NCBI GenBank assembly: GCA_009103225.1
Contig: RHPI01001946.1
Span: forward strand, 124,001 to 188,000
Direction of reading: 5' to 3'
Source: Chlorokybus atmophyticus
Lineage: Eukaryota > Plantae > Mesostigma and Chlorokybus algae
DNA: 64,000 bases
The notes under the pieces were generated by a model. It saw nothing but the letters and a program-made list of their open reading frames with translations, was not told the origin of the DNA and did not search any database. This document shows positions 47,466 through 60,590 of the stretch, piece by piece (positions within the stretch are counted from its first letter, which is position 1; each line of letters starts with the position of its first letter). The translations under genes and the position numbers were made by a program.

Positions 47466-48807
47466 ATGGAGGAGCAGGTTGCGGCAGAGCTGACGGCCGC
47501 GAGGCTGGGTGACGGCGACGCCGCTGAAAGGGTGAGCTTGACGGCGCGCCCGACATGCTGTCTACTGCTGTGCAGACTGTCAATGCGGTTGCTTCGCAAT
47601 GTTGATCGCACACAAACTACATTGCATGCGAGCATGCAATGATGATGCATGCTAAGGAACTGGAGTGTTGGTCACACCGGAAACGCATGACAGCTTAGTT
47701 CATAGTCGCGCACTGCATTGGTTGCTTAGGGCAATGAGGAGGATGAGGAGGATGAGGAGGACATGCAGGCTCGTCACAGGCGTGAGGCGAAGGCCCTGCA
47801 GGCACGCATCACAGGCATCAAGAAGGGCATACCCAAAAATAACAAGGAGAAGAAGAAGGAAGCAGAGAAACAGATCCTCCAGGTGAGAAGGATGCGAAGT
47901 ATGGTTATTTGGCAGATTGGCGCATACACATGTTAACAAAGATGATGACACCTTTCCACTGTGCATGCAGCTGGAAGAGGAAATGCGTGCGAGGCACGCT
48001 TCTGAGTTGGCGTCTTTGCACAACCGCCCTTCCAATATTGCTCGCAGTGAAGGAACTACCGGTGATGCACCCGCCTCCACGTCCAACAGCAATGCCAACA
48101 TCACCAACAATGATGATATCACCCAAAACAACAACAGCAAGACACAGACGAGGGCGCAGAAGAGGAGGATGGACAAGGCGAGGAAGGAGGCGGAGAGGGA
48201 TGCGAGGGTAGAGTTGGAGAAGGCGGAGGCGGGTCCGGGCGAGGGCAGCGTGGAGAGGGATGCTTTGGCTGCTGCTTTGGCAAAGGATAACCTCGCCATC
48301 CGCGACATCCCTCCTGATGGCCACTGCATGTTCCGTGCGATAGAGGACCAGCTGTCCCGCATACACAACAACAATAAGGAGGTGTACTCATACTTAGTGC
48401 TGCGCAGCAACACCGCCGAGTACATGCGCGCCCACCCAGACGACTATGCCCCGTTTGTGGAGCCCGACGATGGCGAACAACCCAACGGTGACAATGTGGA
48501 CTTTGGGGCGTATTGCGACAAGATGGGTGGCACCGCTGCGTGGGGAGGACAGCTTGAGCTTCGGGCCCTCGCGTGCATGTTGAGGAGGCCTATACATGTG
48601 CACGCGGTGGGGCTGCCTCTTGTTGTAATGGGCGAGGAGTTCGCCTTGCCCGACACGCAACCTCTCAGAGTTTCGTATCACCGCCACGCTTACACGCTGG
48701 GAGAGCACTACAACTCCATCATTGAGGCTGATGAGGAGGGGGCTGAGGTGGATGTGGGGGACTTGGGTCGGCATGAGGATATTGAGAACGGGGACAATCA
48801 TAGGTAA
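47466..48807 (+). CDS. OTUD6B: OTU-domain deubiquitinase, OTUD6/Otu2 type, three coding exons
   Basis: MQARHRREAKALQARITGIKK..., LEEEMRARHASEL, IRDIPPDGHCMFRAIEDQL (catalytic Cys), AAWGGQLELRAL and YHRHAYTLGEHYNS (catalytic His). Confidence 0.93.
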
Positions 48808-49904
48808 AGAATTCGTGGCCAGGCACATGACAATACATTGTCGGCGAGTGCAGTTCACACTTGTTGTTTTGCGGATGCTTTTCTGAGGTCTCACTCGACT
48901 GGATTTACATGTTATGGCAATGTTTTGTGGCTGTCGTATTTGGCATGTAATGGGTGCGATCTCTGTGTCATGCATGCATTCGCCTGGCACTGCATGCTTG
49001 CTGCTGCATACACAGGCACTAACAGCTTTGCATGTTGTGTACAGTGAAGTACCGCAGTAGCGCACAACGCATGCATCTGTCACACGCACAGCGTACTTCA
49101 GAAACCATACCACAACTCTACCACCGCCATGCTATGTTTACATGCCACACCAACCTACTCTCATCTAGCAACCCCCAAGGTCCCTTCAGGCAGGCAGGCA
49201 GGCAGGCAGGCACGTGCAGCACCTGCCATAATATTGATTAAGCCAGTGCCAGTGAGGGCGACCATTAGGATGTACAACAGGACTCCGCACGACCCCATTT
49301 CTCCACCCTTTCAACCCACATGTGCGTGTATGCTTTGTTGTCACTTGCTGTTACAACCTCTCTGTCATTACTAATACAAAACACGTGCAGTCATGCTATG
49401 TAGTGTTCACCACACCTATACAACGCACGGTACACATAGGATCACACAGGTGCGTGTGTGAGGTGTGCAGCTTGTGGCATGTGTACACCATGCATGCAAT
49501 CGCCACATTGATGCGTGTGATAGGTATAGGCAGAATGATAGCATATACCTACCTTTTGTATAGTAGTGCACAGGATGCCATGCTATGCCATGTGTGGAAC
49601 GCGTGCTATGAGCGTGCTCAAGCATCAAGGCTGGCCCAAGCCCTTGGTATGTTGTGCTATGCTATGCACACACCATCACTTAACCGCATCCATGGTAAAG
49701 CAACGTGCTCCACACAACCAGATCCATAGCCAAGCCCATAGCGTCAACAACCCCACCTAATAACCCATGATCACGTGAAAGGGAGACGCCACGATCAGCA
49801 AGTTGCCATGCAAGCACCTGCCAACTGTGGCCACTAGCTCTTTATGCCGCCGACTGCGAAGCTTACTGCAAACGGCATGCACTGATGCAGTTGCGACATG
49901 TACA

Positions 49905-51640
49905 CGTCGGACTGCGTGGCCTATGGCGGCGGGGGCTGGTCATTGTCTGCATCAGCATTGTCGTCGTCGTTGTCGTCCATTTTCCTACCAAACCCACATG
50001 CCATCTGCGTCCTGACCACAGCCTTTGCCTGCCTATATGCCATTCTAAAGTAGTTTGCCAGGTCTACCTCAACTGCCACTGCTTGCTGCCCTGCCTTCTT
50101 GCACGCACATAGGTCCAGCCCCCATAGATCAAGCTAGCTTTGTGGTGGTCTTGCTTGTGGCGTGTTTATGTGGATTATCCACACATTCAAGTCCATTGTT
50201 GCTTGTTTATTGCTTGCGTTCTTGTATTCTGGCCCGTTATCTCTACCATATGCAGCCAGCACGTACAGTCAGTCAGCACCATGCACACACAGCTTGGATA
50301 AAGGCAAGTGTAGTCAACACATGTGGTGCGCAGTCAGTATGCATCATGCCACCCGCATGTCCTTCAACACACAACAGTGTCGCGTATTGTGTGATCATCA
50401 TTATCCGCCTTCTCCTGCATATCGTGCACGTCATCCACAGACCTAAGCCAACACACATTAGCAAACACAAAACGATGCAGACAGGGGTGCATCGTGCATG
50501 AGTGATCCAATGCGGGCCATGCGACAGCCACGCCGTGCATAAGAGTGTCTCAGTTGCCATCCACATGTAGAATGGCAGCGGCTGGAGCGGCAAGGGCAGT
50601 CACACTAGTATGAGCTAGCACGAACTCACCAGACCAGAACCCGCGGCGCAAACACATAGGATCACAAGTAGTGCGTAAAATGATATACTGTGGATGATAT
50701 ACTATGGATGACATGACAGCCATGCGGGCACACTGGGTGAGGCTACAAGCCTGCGGCCGCAGCTGACTCGTTGCTGTGTTTGTACAAAAGGTATATGCTA
50801 TCATTCTGCATATACTATCACATGCATCAATGTGGCAGTTGCATGTGTTGTAACAAGCATGGACGCCTAATAGGCTCGACCCAGTTTTTGAGTAAAGATG
50901 AACTGTTGCTACCATGGCTGTTGCTGTAGTTGTACAGAACATTGAAGACACTATTGCGTGCTTGCAATTGTGCATCACACACGTTGGTACATGATACACA
51001 AAACACGCCAACAACACACATACTTACCTAAGTACTTTACACACGTTCGACCACCGGGCTACCTACTGCACTCACTCTACAACTACCCCACCCTGTTAGA
51101 CATGCATGCGCAGTCATGGTTACCTGCATCATGGGTGTTGTTGGTGGGTCGATGCCCAGCGAAGCAAGTTTGCGGGTACACGCGAGGAAAGGAAACTCTT
51201 ACTGGCGGTACTGTGTGGACACCATGTATGATGAACCGGCTAAAACAGCTGGACAAATTTTGAAATCAACACAAGGTGGAATGTATTGACGGCCATGTAT
51301 TGGATAGAGCTATGCACCATTGTACTTGAAACAATGGACAACTGTGCAGTTTGATTTGTTGAACACATGGCTGGTAAAGCCAGTGTCAGTAGGCAACTGC
51401 AGCCAGATAGCCACACCACACCTTCCAAACGCAGTTGTTCCCATGCATACTCCAACTTGTGCGCACTGCAAGCCATCATGTATGATGTCACCTTCCAAGG
51501 TAATTCCTGGTACTGCACAGCAGCCTGCATGCAATCCACTGGCAGGCACCACAGTACATTTACACCAGACATACTCCAGGGAAAATTTGGTGACAAGGCA
51601 AGCACGGCAGCTAGAAACAACCCTGCTGCTGACAGCAAAC
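49905..51640 (-). other. Candidate unannotated spliced gene or long spliced 3' region immediately downstream of PRP19
   Basis: Strong minus-strand donors (AG|GTAAGT about 51027, TG|GTGAGT about 50630, AG|GTAACC about 51123). Exon-like pieces include VARWSNVCKVLSVFNVLYNY and ISFYALLVILCVCAAGSGL|PLPFYMWM. I could not assemble one continuous frame. Confidence 0.35.
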
Positions 51641-51665
51641 AGAGGTCTGCTAGCAGTTGGCCTGT

Positions 51666-54372
51666 CTACGTGCTGACGGTGTGCTCTGCGGTGGTTTCGG
51701 GAATGCTTGCACCAAACAGCCGCAGGTTTCTGTCCATGGATGCAACAGCAAGAAATTTGGCGTCCGGTCCAAACTTCACACTGGTAACCTTGCCCGTGCC
51801 GGAGTTGTCGGGGAACGTCTTAACAACACTCCAGTCCTGCTTGACATTGTACACACGCGTATCCGTGCCTCCAACACCCAAGTACAATCCAGAGTAGTCG
51901 AACTCCACCACATTGACCGATGTTGCCTGTTCAGTAACAGGGTTAATTTCAGAAACAGCAAAGCTCAGATTATTTTCATTGTCAAGGTAGGCACAATGGA
52001 GATATCTGAGAAAAGTGTACAACAGCTCCACACAACAACACAGAAACCTTGTAACACCTGCGCGTGTACATCGTGTCCTCACCTGAATGTTGCGGAAGTT
52101 CTTGAGCTTTCGCAAATCCCATAGCTTAACGCCATCCGCAGCAGCAGTGGCGAGGTAGTAACCATTTTCGGAAAAGGACAGGCTGGTCACAGTCCCCGTA
52201 TGCCCCTCAAACTTGGCAACGTTGGCCTGGGATTTCACATCCCAGATGCGCACTAAAGATTCAGTGGTGCCAGTCCCTAGGATGAGCCCATCAGGATGAA
52301 AAGTCGCACATGAAAAGCCTCCTGTCATGCCAGGATCCGTCACCTGCAAGCCAGCTCGATTTGATGTTTGCTAGCGCATGTCACGCTGGCTACTGCATAG
52401 CTCCATGACGCTACCAGCACATGGCCACAGCCACTGGCCAGCATCCACCACAACACGCATGCAACCCATCATCCTTACAGATCCCCTCAGCTACAATATT
52501 CATACCTGGCTCAAACAAGCTGCACTCTCAACATCGTAGAAGCACCAAGTCTTGTCTATGGATGCAGTCACAAAGTAATTCCCAGTTGCGTGGATAGACG
52601 CACCTGTAACCTGCAGATAAGACACAAGATCAGACCATCCGCCTCCAACAACTGTCAAAGCAGCAAGTGTGTGCAAGCTGAGCATGTGAATTGTTTACCT
52701 CTGCCTTGTGGTCCCTTAGGACATGCACGCAATCATAGCTGGCGCCATCCTCTGCAGCCCTCCACAGCCTTGAGCTTTTGTCTCCAGAGCAAGTCAGAAC
52801 CAGTGGCGCTTTTGGCAGGAACTTTGTGGCAGTCACCTGATAAGTGTGGCAGTCAGTTAAAGGTGAGACATGCGCAGATTAATTGCGCCACATAGCCACT
52901 TCGACGACACTGGTAAACATTTCACCATGCCCACCTTCTTGGTGTGGCCAGCAAGAGTGGCTACAATCTTTCCGCTGTCCAGATTGAAAACGACAGCGTT
53001 GGTATCGACACCACCGGTAACGAACATGTGCGAATCGGTCGGGTGTACGTCCACGGACAAGATGCCGGGAGCTGTGGTTTTGTGCAGAGGGTGGGATGCA
53101 ATTTGTGTATGCGAATCCAGGGCTTCTGGGGTAGCAAGCGTTGGGGAGACCTGCACACACAGCATGGTGTGTGGGTGAACAGTTGTCGTGCTCCCTGCTT
53201 CAGCAAGTGTGATGTTGATGCAGCCTCCTTGCAAGGTACCTGTCGCTTCTTGCGAGCCTTGGAGAGAGTGGTGGACGTTTCGGTCATCTCTTGAATGACT
53301 TCAGGGGTGATGCCGGCCTTGGCACGCTTAGCTGCTGGTGCATCTGCTGCTCCCTCATCCTCTGCGGCCCTCTTGCCATTGGCCAGAGGCTCCGCGCGCT
53401 CAGCTATTGCCAAAGCTGCTCGCAAACTCTCATTTTCCTTGTGGATCCTAGCAATAACTCGACACGCCGCATCATGCTGCACAGAAGGAAGGGTGTTGTT
53501 GTTTAGATCTTTAACTAGATAGCTCAAAATCCAGCTTAAAGTATATGCATACAAGCATGACAAACCTGATAAAGTGCATGACTCAGCTCCTGTCGTACAG
53601 CATCAAGCTGCTGTCGCAGCTGATGAGTCTCAAGCATGACTGCATCCCACTCCTGCAACGGACAACCAGGTCACTGCATGCGATATGCAGTGGATAATGT
53701 AGGTGGCATATAACCGGTTGTATCCTCCCGTGCATTGAGCTCAAGGTACAACACGGCGCTTACATTCTGAAACAAGCTGAGCAAGCCTGGGATGCTAGTA
53801 GCTGAGACTGGGCGTGGCTTGACAGCCTTATTCGTCTTCAACGACAGCAAATCATCTTTGGACAGAGGTTCATCCGTCACAGGGCACTTGCCGTGCTCCT
53901 GTTAGACCAGCAAGATAGGTTCACGAAGAGCGTTTGTTTGCCCGCTTAACCACCCTGAATGACACCAAGCCCATACTCACTTCAATATACTTCTCCACAA
54001 GGCGCCTCTCAAAGAGTAGGCCGCTTGTCTTTGCAACCACAGGGTCTTCAGGCGTGGAGCCGGAAACTGCGCGAGCACATTCGCAGCTCACGTAGGCAAA
54101 CAAACAGACTTGCAGCCACCAACAGCATGGATGTTCAGTTGTTTCATCGCATAACGCGCCGGTAATGCAAGTACACAGACACATGATGCAACCGTTAGCA
54201 TGACCTAAAATGTCCAGCAGGCTTGATATGGCGTTCTTAACAGGTTGATATCGCACGAAGTGCATGAGTGGGCGCCTTGGCCAACCCTGAGCGATGGCCG
54301 TCATGTGCAACACGCAGAGCATGAGAAGCTGCAAGTTTGAGCAATCTGAGCACCCTCACTTGCACAAAACAT
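51666..54372 (-). CDS. PRP19: Pre-mRNA processing factor 19 (U-box, coiled coil, WD40), multi-exon
   Basis: Exon 1 is ATGTTTTGTGCAA (54372-54360, MFCA). Later exons give [100 protein letters not shown] and [23 protein letters not shown]. Confidence 0.97.
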
Positions 54373-54519
54373 GGTGGAGGAGCCAACGCAATTAAGCAGT
54401 CAGCTGTCCTGCGTTACTGTTGTCTGTAGATGCACCGCCCCGCAGACGCCTGCGGCAACCACCGCCGCCGCCGCCTGCACCGCTGCCGCCGCCGCAAGAG
54501 AGCAACTCAGCTGCAGTGC

Positions 54520-54528
54520 AAACCCTAG
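54520..54528 (+). promoter_or_regulatory. Telo-box AAACCCTAG in the PRP19/MAM33 divergent promoter; similar motifs at 4-12, 13059-13067, 28181-28189 and 38373-38380
   Basis: The motif is seen near several gene 5' ends. The telo-box is an established plant promoter element of translation and RNA-processing genes. Function here is inferred. Confidence 0.5.
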
Positions 54529-54738
54529 ACGCTGCACACGCACCGACATAATTAAGCACGTCTGTCGGTGCATGGCCCACACTAAAGCCCGCGACTGCCA
54601 CGACTCACCACCGACGCAGCGGCTGCAATCTGTCGGCTGGTTCCGTTACAAGCCCGCCTTTTTGAGGCGAGACCAAAGAATCGCAGCCGCCGCATTGCTG
54701 TGGGCATAGCTGAGTTGGGCATTATTGTCATTGGCATC

Positions 54739-56256
54739 ATGTGGCGGCAGGCGGCGAGGTCTGCGCGCTCGGCACTTCGCGCTCGGGGAGGAGCAGCTGC
54801 AACAACGACAGCAGCGGCGCCTGCTCTCCGCGAGGAAGGCCTTGCCGTTGCTGCTCGGTCCCTGCATGCGCACGCAGGGAGCTCTGCGCGGGGAGGACTG
54901 CTCGCTACGGTTTTGCCGGACTCCAGCTTTGGGTCAAAGTCTTCAGCATGTTTGGGTGCCTGTCCAAGTCGGTTGTATGCAACCGCTCAAGACAGCGAAC
55001 TTAGAGAGGTAGTGAACTGCAGTAGCATTTGCTGCAGTGACGTGCATGCTGTGCACGCGCATGCCAGGCATGCGTAGTCCAGCGTTTTGTCTATGATGTC
55101 CATGTTATTGCGTTTGTGCTTTGACAAGAAGCGCGCTTCTGCGGAGGCAATGATGCGATGAATCTGTGCAGATTGTCGAGTCGGAGGTTGAGCATGAAGA
55201 GAAGGGTTACAAGCCACCAAAGGTGTTTGGCTGCTGTTGTCATCGACCATGGCCAAATGCCTGCACCCACATCCCGCTGTTGACATAGGCATATCATGCG
55301 TGACATTGAAGCGCAGTGCATGCGAAGCATGCACAGTGACAGTAGGTGCATGCCAGGCTGTCAAGCGAGGACCACCATCACCATGGACGCTTATGGATAA
55401 GCCTGGCAATACCGAGTTAATGTTGCATCGCAGCTTCCATGGGGAAGATGTGGCAGTAGCGCTCACGGTGAACTTGGAAGTGCCAGAACCCGACTTTGAT
55501 GAGGTGAGCCCTACTCAATTGGGCTGTCGGAGGGATTGCCTGTATGAGCGTGGGAGTGCTCCGCAGGCATTCATGCACGTGCACACATGTAGTTGGTGCG
55601 TGTTACCCTTGCGTGAGCACAGGAGCGTGTTTACGTTTGCCGCAAGTGCTTGGCTGCAATGCGCATCAACGTATGCATGCGCATTGCAGCGTAACATGTA
55701 ACCTTCCTGCCATGCAACACAGATTACCTGGTTTGGTTTTGTTATGCAGATGCAATGCTGCTGTGGTTGCAGGACGAGGACGAGCATGAAGAGGAAGAGG
55801 AGGAGGAGGAGGACGAGATGATGATGGATGCGCCTTTCACTGTGACCATAACCAAGCCCAACAGAGAAAGGCTAGTTTTCGAGTGCAGTGCTTCAGGACA
55901 GGATGGGTCCATCTCTATCGGTCACACCACATTGGAAGGCAATGCGACAACAGGCATTCCTTATGAAGGGCCTGACTTTGAGTGAGTAGCAAGCTCTGCT
56001 GCATTTTTCCGTTGGTGGCAAGTGACTTGCACACTAGATTGGTATTGTTGAGCCCGCACTAGGAGCGGGACGCTGACATCGTGGCCTCGTGTGCAGGACA
56101 TTGGACCCTGAGCTTCAAGAGCAGTTTCACGAGTACCTTACAGAGCGCGGTATAACTGCCCAGTATGGCAAGTATCTTGTGGCACTGGCTGCTGATAAAG
56201 AGCAACGCGAGTACACAAGCTGGCTGAAGCGGTTGAAGAAGTTTCTTGACCAGTAA
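54739..56256 (+). CDS. MAM33: Mitochondrial acidic matrix protein MAM33/p32/C1QBP family, multi-exon
   Basis: Arg/Ala-rich presequence MWRQAARSARSALRARG. Later exons give PPSPWTLMDKPGNTELMLHRSFHGEDVAV, an acidic stretch followed by FTVTITKP...LVFEC, PYEGPDFE|DLDPELQEQFHEYLTERGI and DKEQREYTSWLKRLKKFLDQ*. Confidence 0.93.
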
Positions 56257-59200
56257 GGTCTAGGCTGCATCCCCTAAGCGCACCATGCATCTGCCAGCCA
56301 TCTGGACTCAAAAGCACTGTTAGGTAGCTGTTTGTATTGGTAACTTCCCGTTGCTGTCTCCGCAGCTGCAATGTTGTGCAAGGAGTGTCAACTGCATACT
56401 CATGCAACAAATACGCCAGCGTACTAGTGAATGTGAACAAGAGTCCCAGCTAAGACTGGCTCAATACAGTGCATATGGGTGTTCTGGTTATAAAATGGTC
56501 TTGTATAAGCTACAGCTCGTTGCAGCCTTTGCCTCTGCTCTGTTTATGTACAGAGTATGCAAGTGATGTGCAACAAGCACGACACATGCATGGACATGAC
56601 ACCCAACCACAGCGATACTCACCTCAATCATGACCACCGGGCTAGGCACACAATGACGCATGTGGTGCCTAAGCTTGTGGTGCACGCATGCCTACATGAC
56701 TGATAGGGGGGCAGTAGTGGGAGGGTAGAGGTAGGCGCTGTAGTTACAGGTGCGTGGCTTAACCCGGTGGTCGAGTTGATGAGTTGTAGTTGTTGTGGTG
56801 GTTGACTGCATACTCGCGCATAGCTGCCCTGGTCGTGTTGTACAGGTAATTACACGTGCATGTGTGTTGCACTGGGTATGGGCAGTAGTGAAGGTAGATA
56901 AGTAGTGTGCGGACTTCCTGATGATGAATATACGAGTGCGATGGTGTTTTGTGCAGACTGCATGCATGTTTGCTACATTGTCATGCATGGCACAGTCCTT
57001 GCATACTATATTATGTACTTGCATGCACGAAATGCCTGTTACATCTTTAATGCACTCTGCATGTGTCTTTACGCACATGGTTTACTTGCCATGCTCCTGC
57101 TGTTTAACTGCTGTAAGGCCATACGCCACCTACACCACTAACATTGCTTTGGCTGCTCGCTTGACACTCATGTGCTCCCATTTGATTTCGCCATCAATGT
57201 TATGTGTACGGGGTGCTACATATAAAGTATCGCGAACTGTGTGTTAAGCCAAGCGAAAGCAAGCAAGCAATGTATGATTCACACAGCTTCGCGGGGGNNN
57301 NNNNNNNNNNNNNNNNNNNNNNNNNNNNNNNNNNNNNNNNNNNNNNNNNNNNNNNNNNNNNNNNNNNNNNNNNNNNNNNNNNNNNNNNNNNNNNNNNNNN
57401 NNNNNNNNNNNNNNNNNNNNNNNNNNNNNNNNNNNNNNNNNNNNNNNNNNNNNNNNNNNNNNNNNNNNNNNNNNNNNNNNNNNNNNNNNNNNNNNNNNNN
57501 NNNNNNNNNNNNNNNNNNNNNNNNNNNNNNGGGGATTTAAGGGGGGCGGGGGGGCAAACATCAACATAGGCTCAAGGTACTTTTTTAAGGCTAACATGTT
57601 CAACACAGCACTTGTCCCAACACAGGACATTAACCTAGGGTCATTTGGAGTGTCCAACACAAGACAATACAGTACGCCATTGATAGCTTACTGCTTCCTA
57701 TAGCAGACACACAATGGCAAACAATGTCAACTTGACGTAATCTGCCATTAACAGCTCACAGCTGCCTTAGGGTCACTGTAGATGGCAACCAATGTCACAA
57801 CACTGTGAATTAAGGCTCATACGGCCACTTGTAGACACTAATCAGCTCAATGCTAGCACATATTATACAATGCCTTGTGTAGTAAGGTGCCCTAGACCCC
57901 TAAGGAGCCTAAAACCGCGATAGTATGCATAGTATGCATAGTATGCAACCCGTTAACAAGCACTACACAAGCTCAATAACGTGGCTAAAGTCCACATGGA
58001 TGCACATGCAGCCACATTCTTGCCATCACTTTAAGTGACCGAGAGTAACTTTAAGCAGCCCTATGGCGTAACACTAGGTGACGGCCCAGGGTGGAGTAAT
58101 GTGTTGGCTTGTTGATGCTGGCTTGCTCTTATGTGTTGAGTGTGTGCAAGTGAGCATGTGTGTGTAACCTTGGATGTCTATAAGGTATACTCTAGGCAAA
58201 TTAATGTGCCATGCTACGTGGTGAACGTGACAAGGTATACATGTCTTTGCCAAACAAGCTTGTTCTTTATAAATGTACAAGCCTTATCAAATAAATGAGG
58301 GCCAACGACTTTTTGCAAATGTTACAAGGAAAGTAAACTCTTCATGTATGCCTTGTTGCATGCCACGCGTGTCGTGTGTTTGCACACACCCTCCTTAAGT
58401 GTGCTTCGCACAACATTGTAAGTTATGTAAGTTAAGCAACGCTATAAGTTATGTGAAGCAAGTACCATGCAAAATTATGCTAAAAAGAATCTTTCAGTTA
58501 AAATGAGACAGATAAAGTGTATAGTTTGCTCATGCAACAATGGAAATTCGAGATGTAACGTCAACTAAGTCACAACGTTGTGGGCACATGCACAAGCATT
58601 GAAAATAAAAGCATGCGTGGCACATCTTATTTTAAATGTAAGTGTAAATGTAAATTAGTTGCATATATATATATATATATATATGTGGAATGTGCTCGCA
58701 ATGTGAGATTTCATGCCACTGGCAACAATCATGTGTTATTACTATGGTATGGTTGCATGTCCACATCTTTACATATGGAGTGAAAAGATGTTCAAATCCA
58801 TTATCACTTGAAGCAAACTTGATATCTACATGTACATCATGACTCAATGGTACTACACTTGAGATTGTACACAATGTAATTATATAGGTAGATGCAATTT
58901 AACATCTATGACATTCATTCATATCACATTTGCATCGTCAATTTTAGAATTAACGATATTAATAAGGCATTTTGGCGCATAATGTCGCCAAAATGGCCGC
59001 GTATCCGCTACCATTCAATATGAGGATTAAAGTCGGAGCTATTGTGAGTATACTGTGAGTATAGTAAAATAGTATTATTGAAGGTAAACGGCACACAGCG
59101 GCATATTTGCACTCACTATTGATAAAGACATGCGCCGCTTTGACAACATCTTGAATAATACCATTATAGGTAAATGTGCGAGCAAACGCAAGTGACTAGA

Positions 59201-59503
59201 GTTGGCATTGGTTATGGTATGAGAGTTTGACTCGAGGCTATTATAAGTTGTATATTTAAACAATCCCACTTTAACATAATCCGCGCACAGAGGCCCAATA
59301 AGTACTCGATGTACACAGTGCGGTCTCTACCGTCGGTAACATGCGAGATACCAAGAAAAATACCACGACAGGCAAGTCAGCGCATATAGGCTTGCTTGTT
59401 ATTGTAAGTTACAGTAATGAACACAATTTGTAATCACTATTTTATTAATAATACACATTGCAAGCAAAACGGCAATGATTAGATTTGTATGTAATAAATG
59501 CAT

Positions 59504-60590
59504 GCCTCAGCCAAGGAGGGGATTTAATTGCGCGAGCTGGTCGCAGACTTGGGTGTATTACAAAATGTCATCTCCAGGCACTGTGACAACTAAGGAGCTA
59601 TCAGACTTTTAGCACCCATCACTCCAGTTGCATCTAAGCACATTGATGATGTGACAACTAAGGAGCTATCAGACTTTTAGCACCCATCACTTCAGTTGCA
59701 TCTAAGCACACTGATGATGTGACAACCAAGGAGCTATTACACTTTTTAAAGCACCCCATCACTTCAGTTGCATCTAAGCACATTGATGTCATGCATCATT
59801 TTGTGCGGGAGCGCGTTGCTCGTGGCAAGGTGGAGTTCAGGTTTTGTAGGACTGAAGACATGCTTGCAGACTTTATGATGAAGACTTGAACACCTTCCAA
59901 GTTCCAAACCTGCTGTGAAGGTTTAGGCATCCACCAACCTGCCTGTGTAGGAGTGTTGGAGTTTAAAGACTTGGTGCCGTCTCTCTAGACTCTAGTCAGC
60001 TTGGTCTGGCTAAGTGCAGCAGTTTTGTACTTAGCAATACATTGAAGTATAGGACATGGCTCTGCTGCCTTTAGAATGCAGTCAGCTTAGTCTGGTCAAG
60101 TACTCATTTGTTTGTACTTCGCAGACATCAGATCTCTTGAGTTTCTGGCGATCTTGTCCGTTCTTGCAGTTTCGTCCGTTTAGGGCTGTATTAGGGTTTG
60201 GTGTTGACCAGGTCAGACATGTCTAACTACTTGATAGTTAGGACGGTTATTTAAGGAACGGTTATGTAAGGGGACGCCCATATATCTTTTTTATGGTTAC
60301 TTTCACTTGTGCATGAGTCTGGTGGCGGCAAGGCCTGATTTGTGTGCGTGGCCTGAACTGAGTGTGGTCTAGCGTGGTCTAACCGGTCGTCCTGCTTGCA
60401 GACTGTTTAAGGGTGTGGTTTTGTGTATGCACGCCTATAAAAGCTGGCATCTCAACAGTTGTTGTTGCTTTTGTAGCCATTCTTGCTGGGGTTGTTGTTG
60501 GTGACACTAGCACCAGCCAAGAAGGGATTTGTTTTCAGAGCTTTCATAAGCTCCAGATGCAGCGTGTAACACACCACCTCAAGGTGTTCA
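59504..60590 (+). mobile_element. Truncated, decayed Ty1/copia remnant: RNase H end, PPT-like tract and probable 3' LTR starting TGTTGG at 59954; LTR right end uncertain
   Basis: ASAKEGI*LRELVADLG...HCDNQGAIT/LLKHPITSVASKHIDVMHHFVRERVARGKVEFRFCRTEDMLADFMMK is the copia RNase H C-terminus, here with stops and a frameshift. TATAAAA occurs at about 60436. Confidence 0.85.
59582..59788 (+). repeat. Three tandem copies of a 68-bp unit within the copia RNase H relic
   Basis: TGTGACAAC(T/C)AAGGAGCTAT...GCATCTAAGCACA(T/C)TGATG begins at 59582, 59650 and 59718. Confidence 0.92.

Noticed and set aside
51367-51897. 176-aa plus-strand ORF overlapping the PRP19 end
   Set aside because: Partly antisense to the PRP19 last exon, with no recognisable motif. 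Splice signals in this region favour the minus strand.
58968-58995. Hairpin considered as a Helitron 3' end
   Set aside because: No CTAG at the expected distance and no Rep/helicase evidence.
59582-59788. Regularly spaced repeats considered as a CRISPR-like array
   Set aside because: The units are contiguous with no unique spacers and encode copia RNase H.
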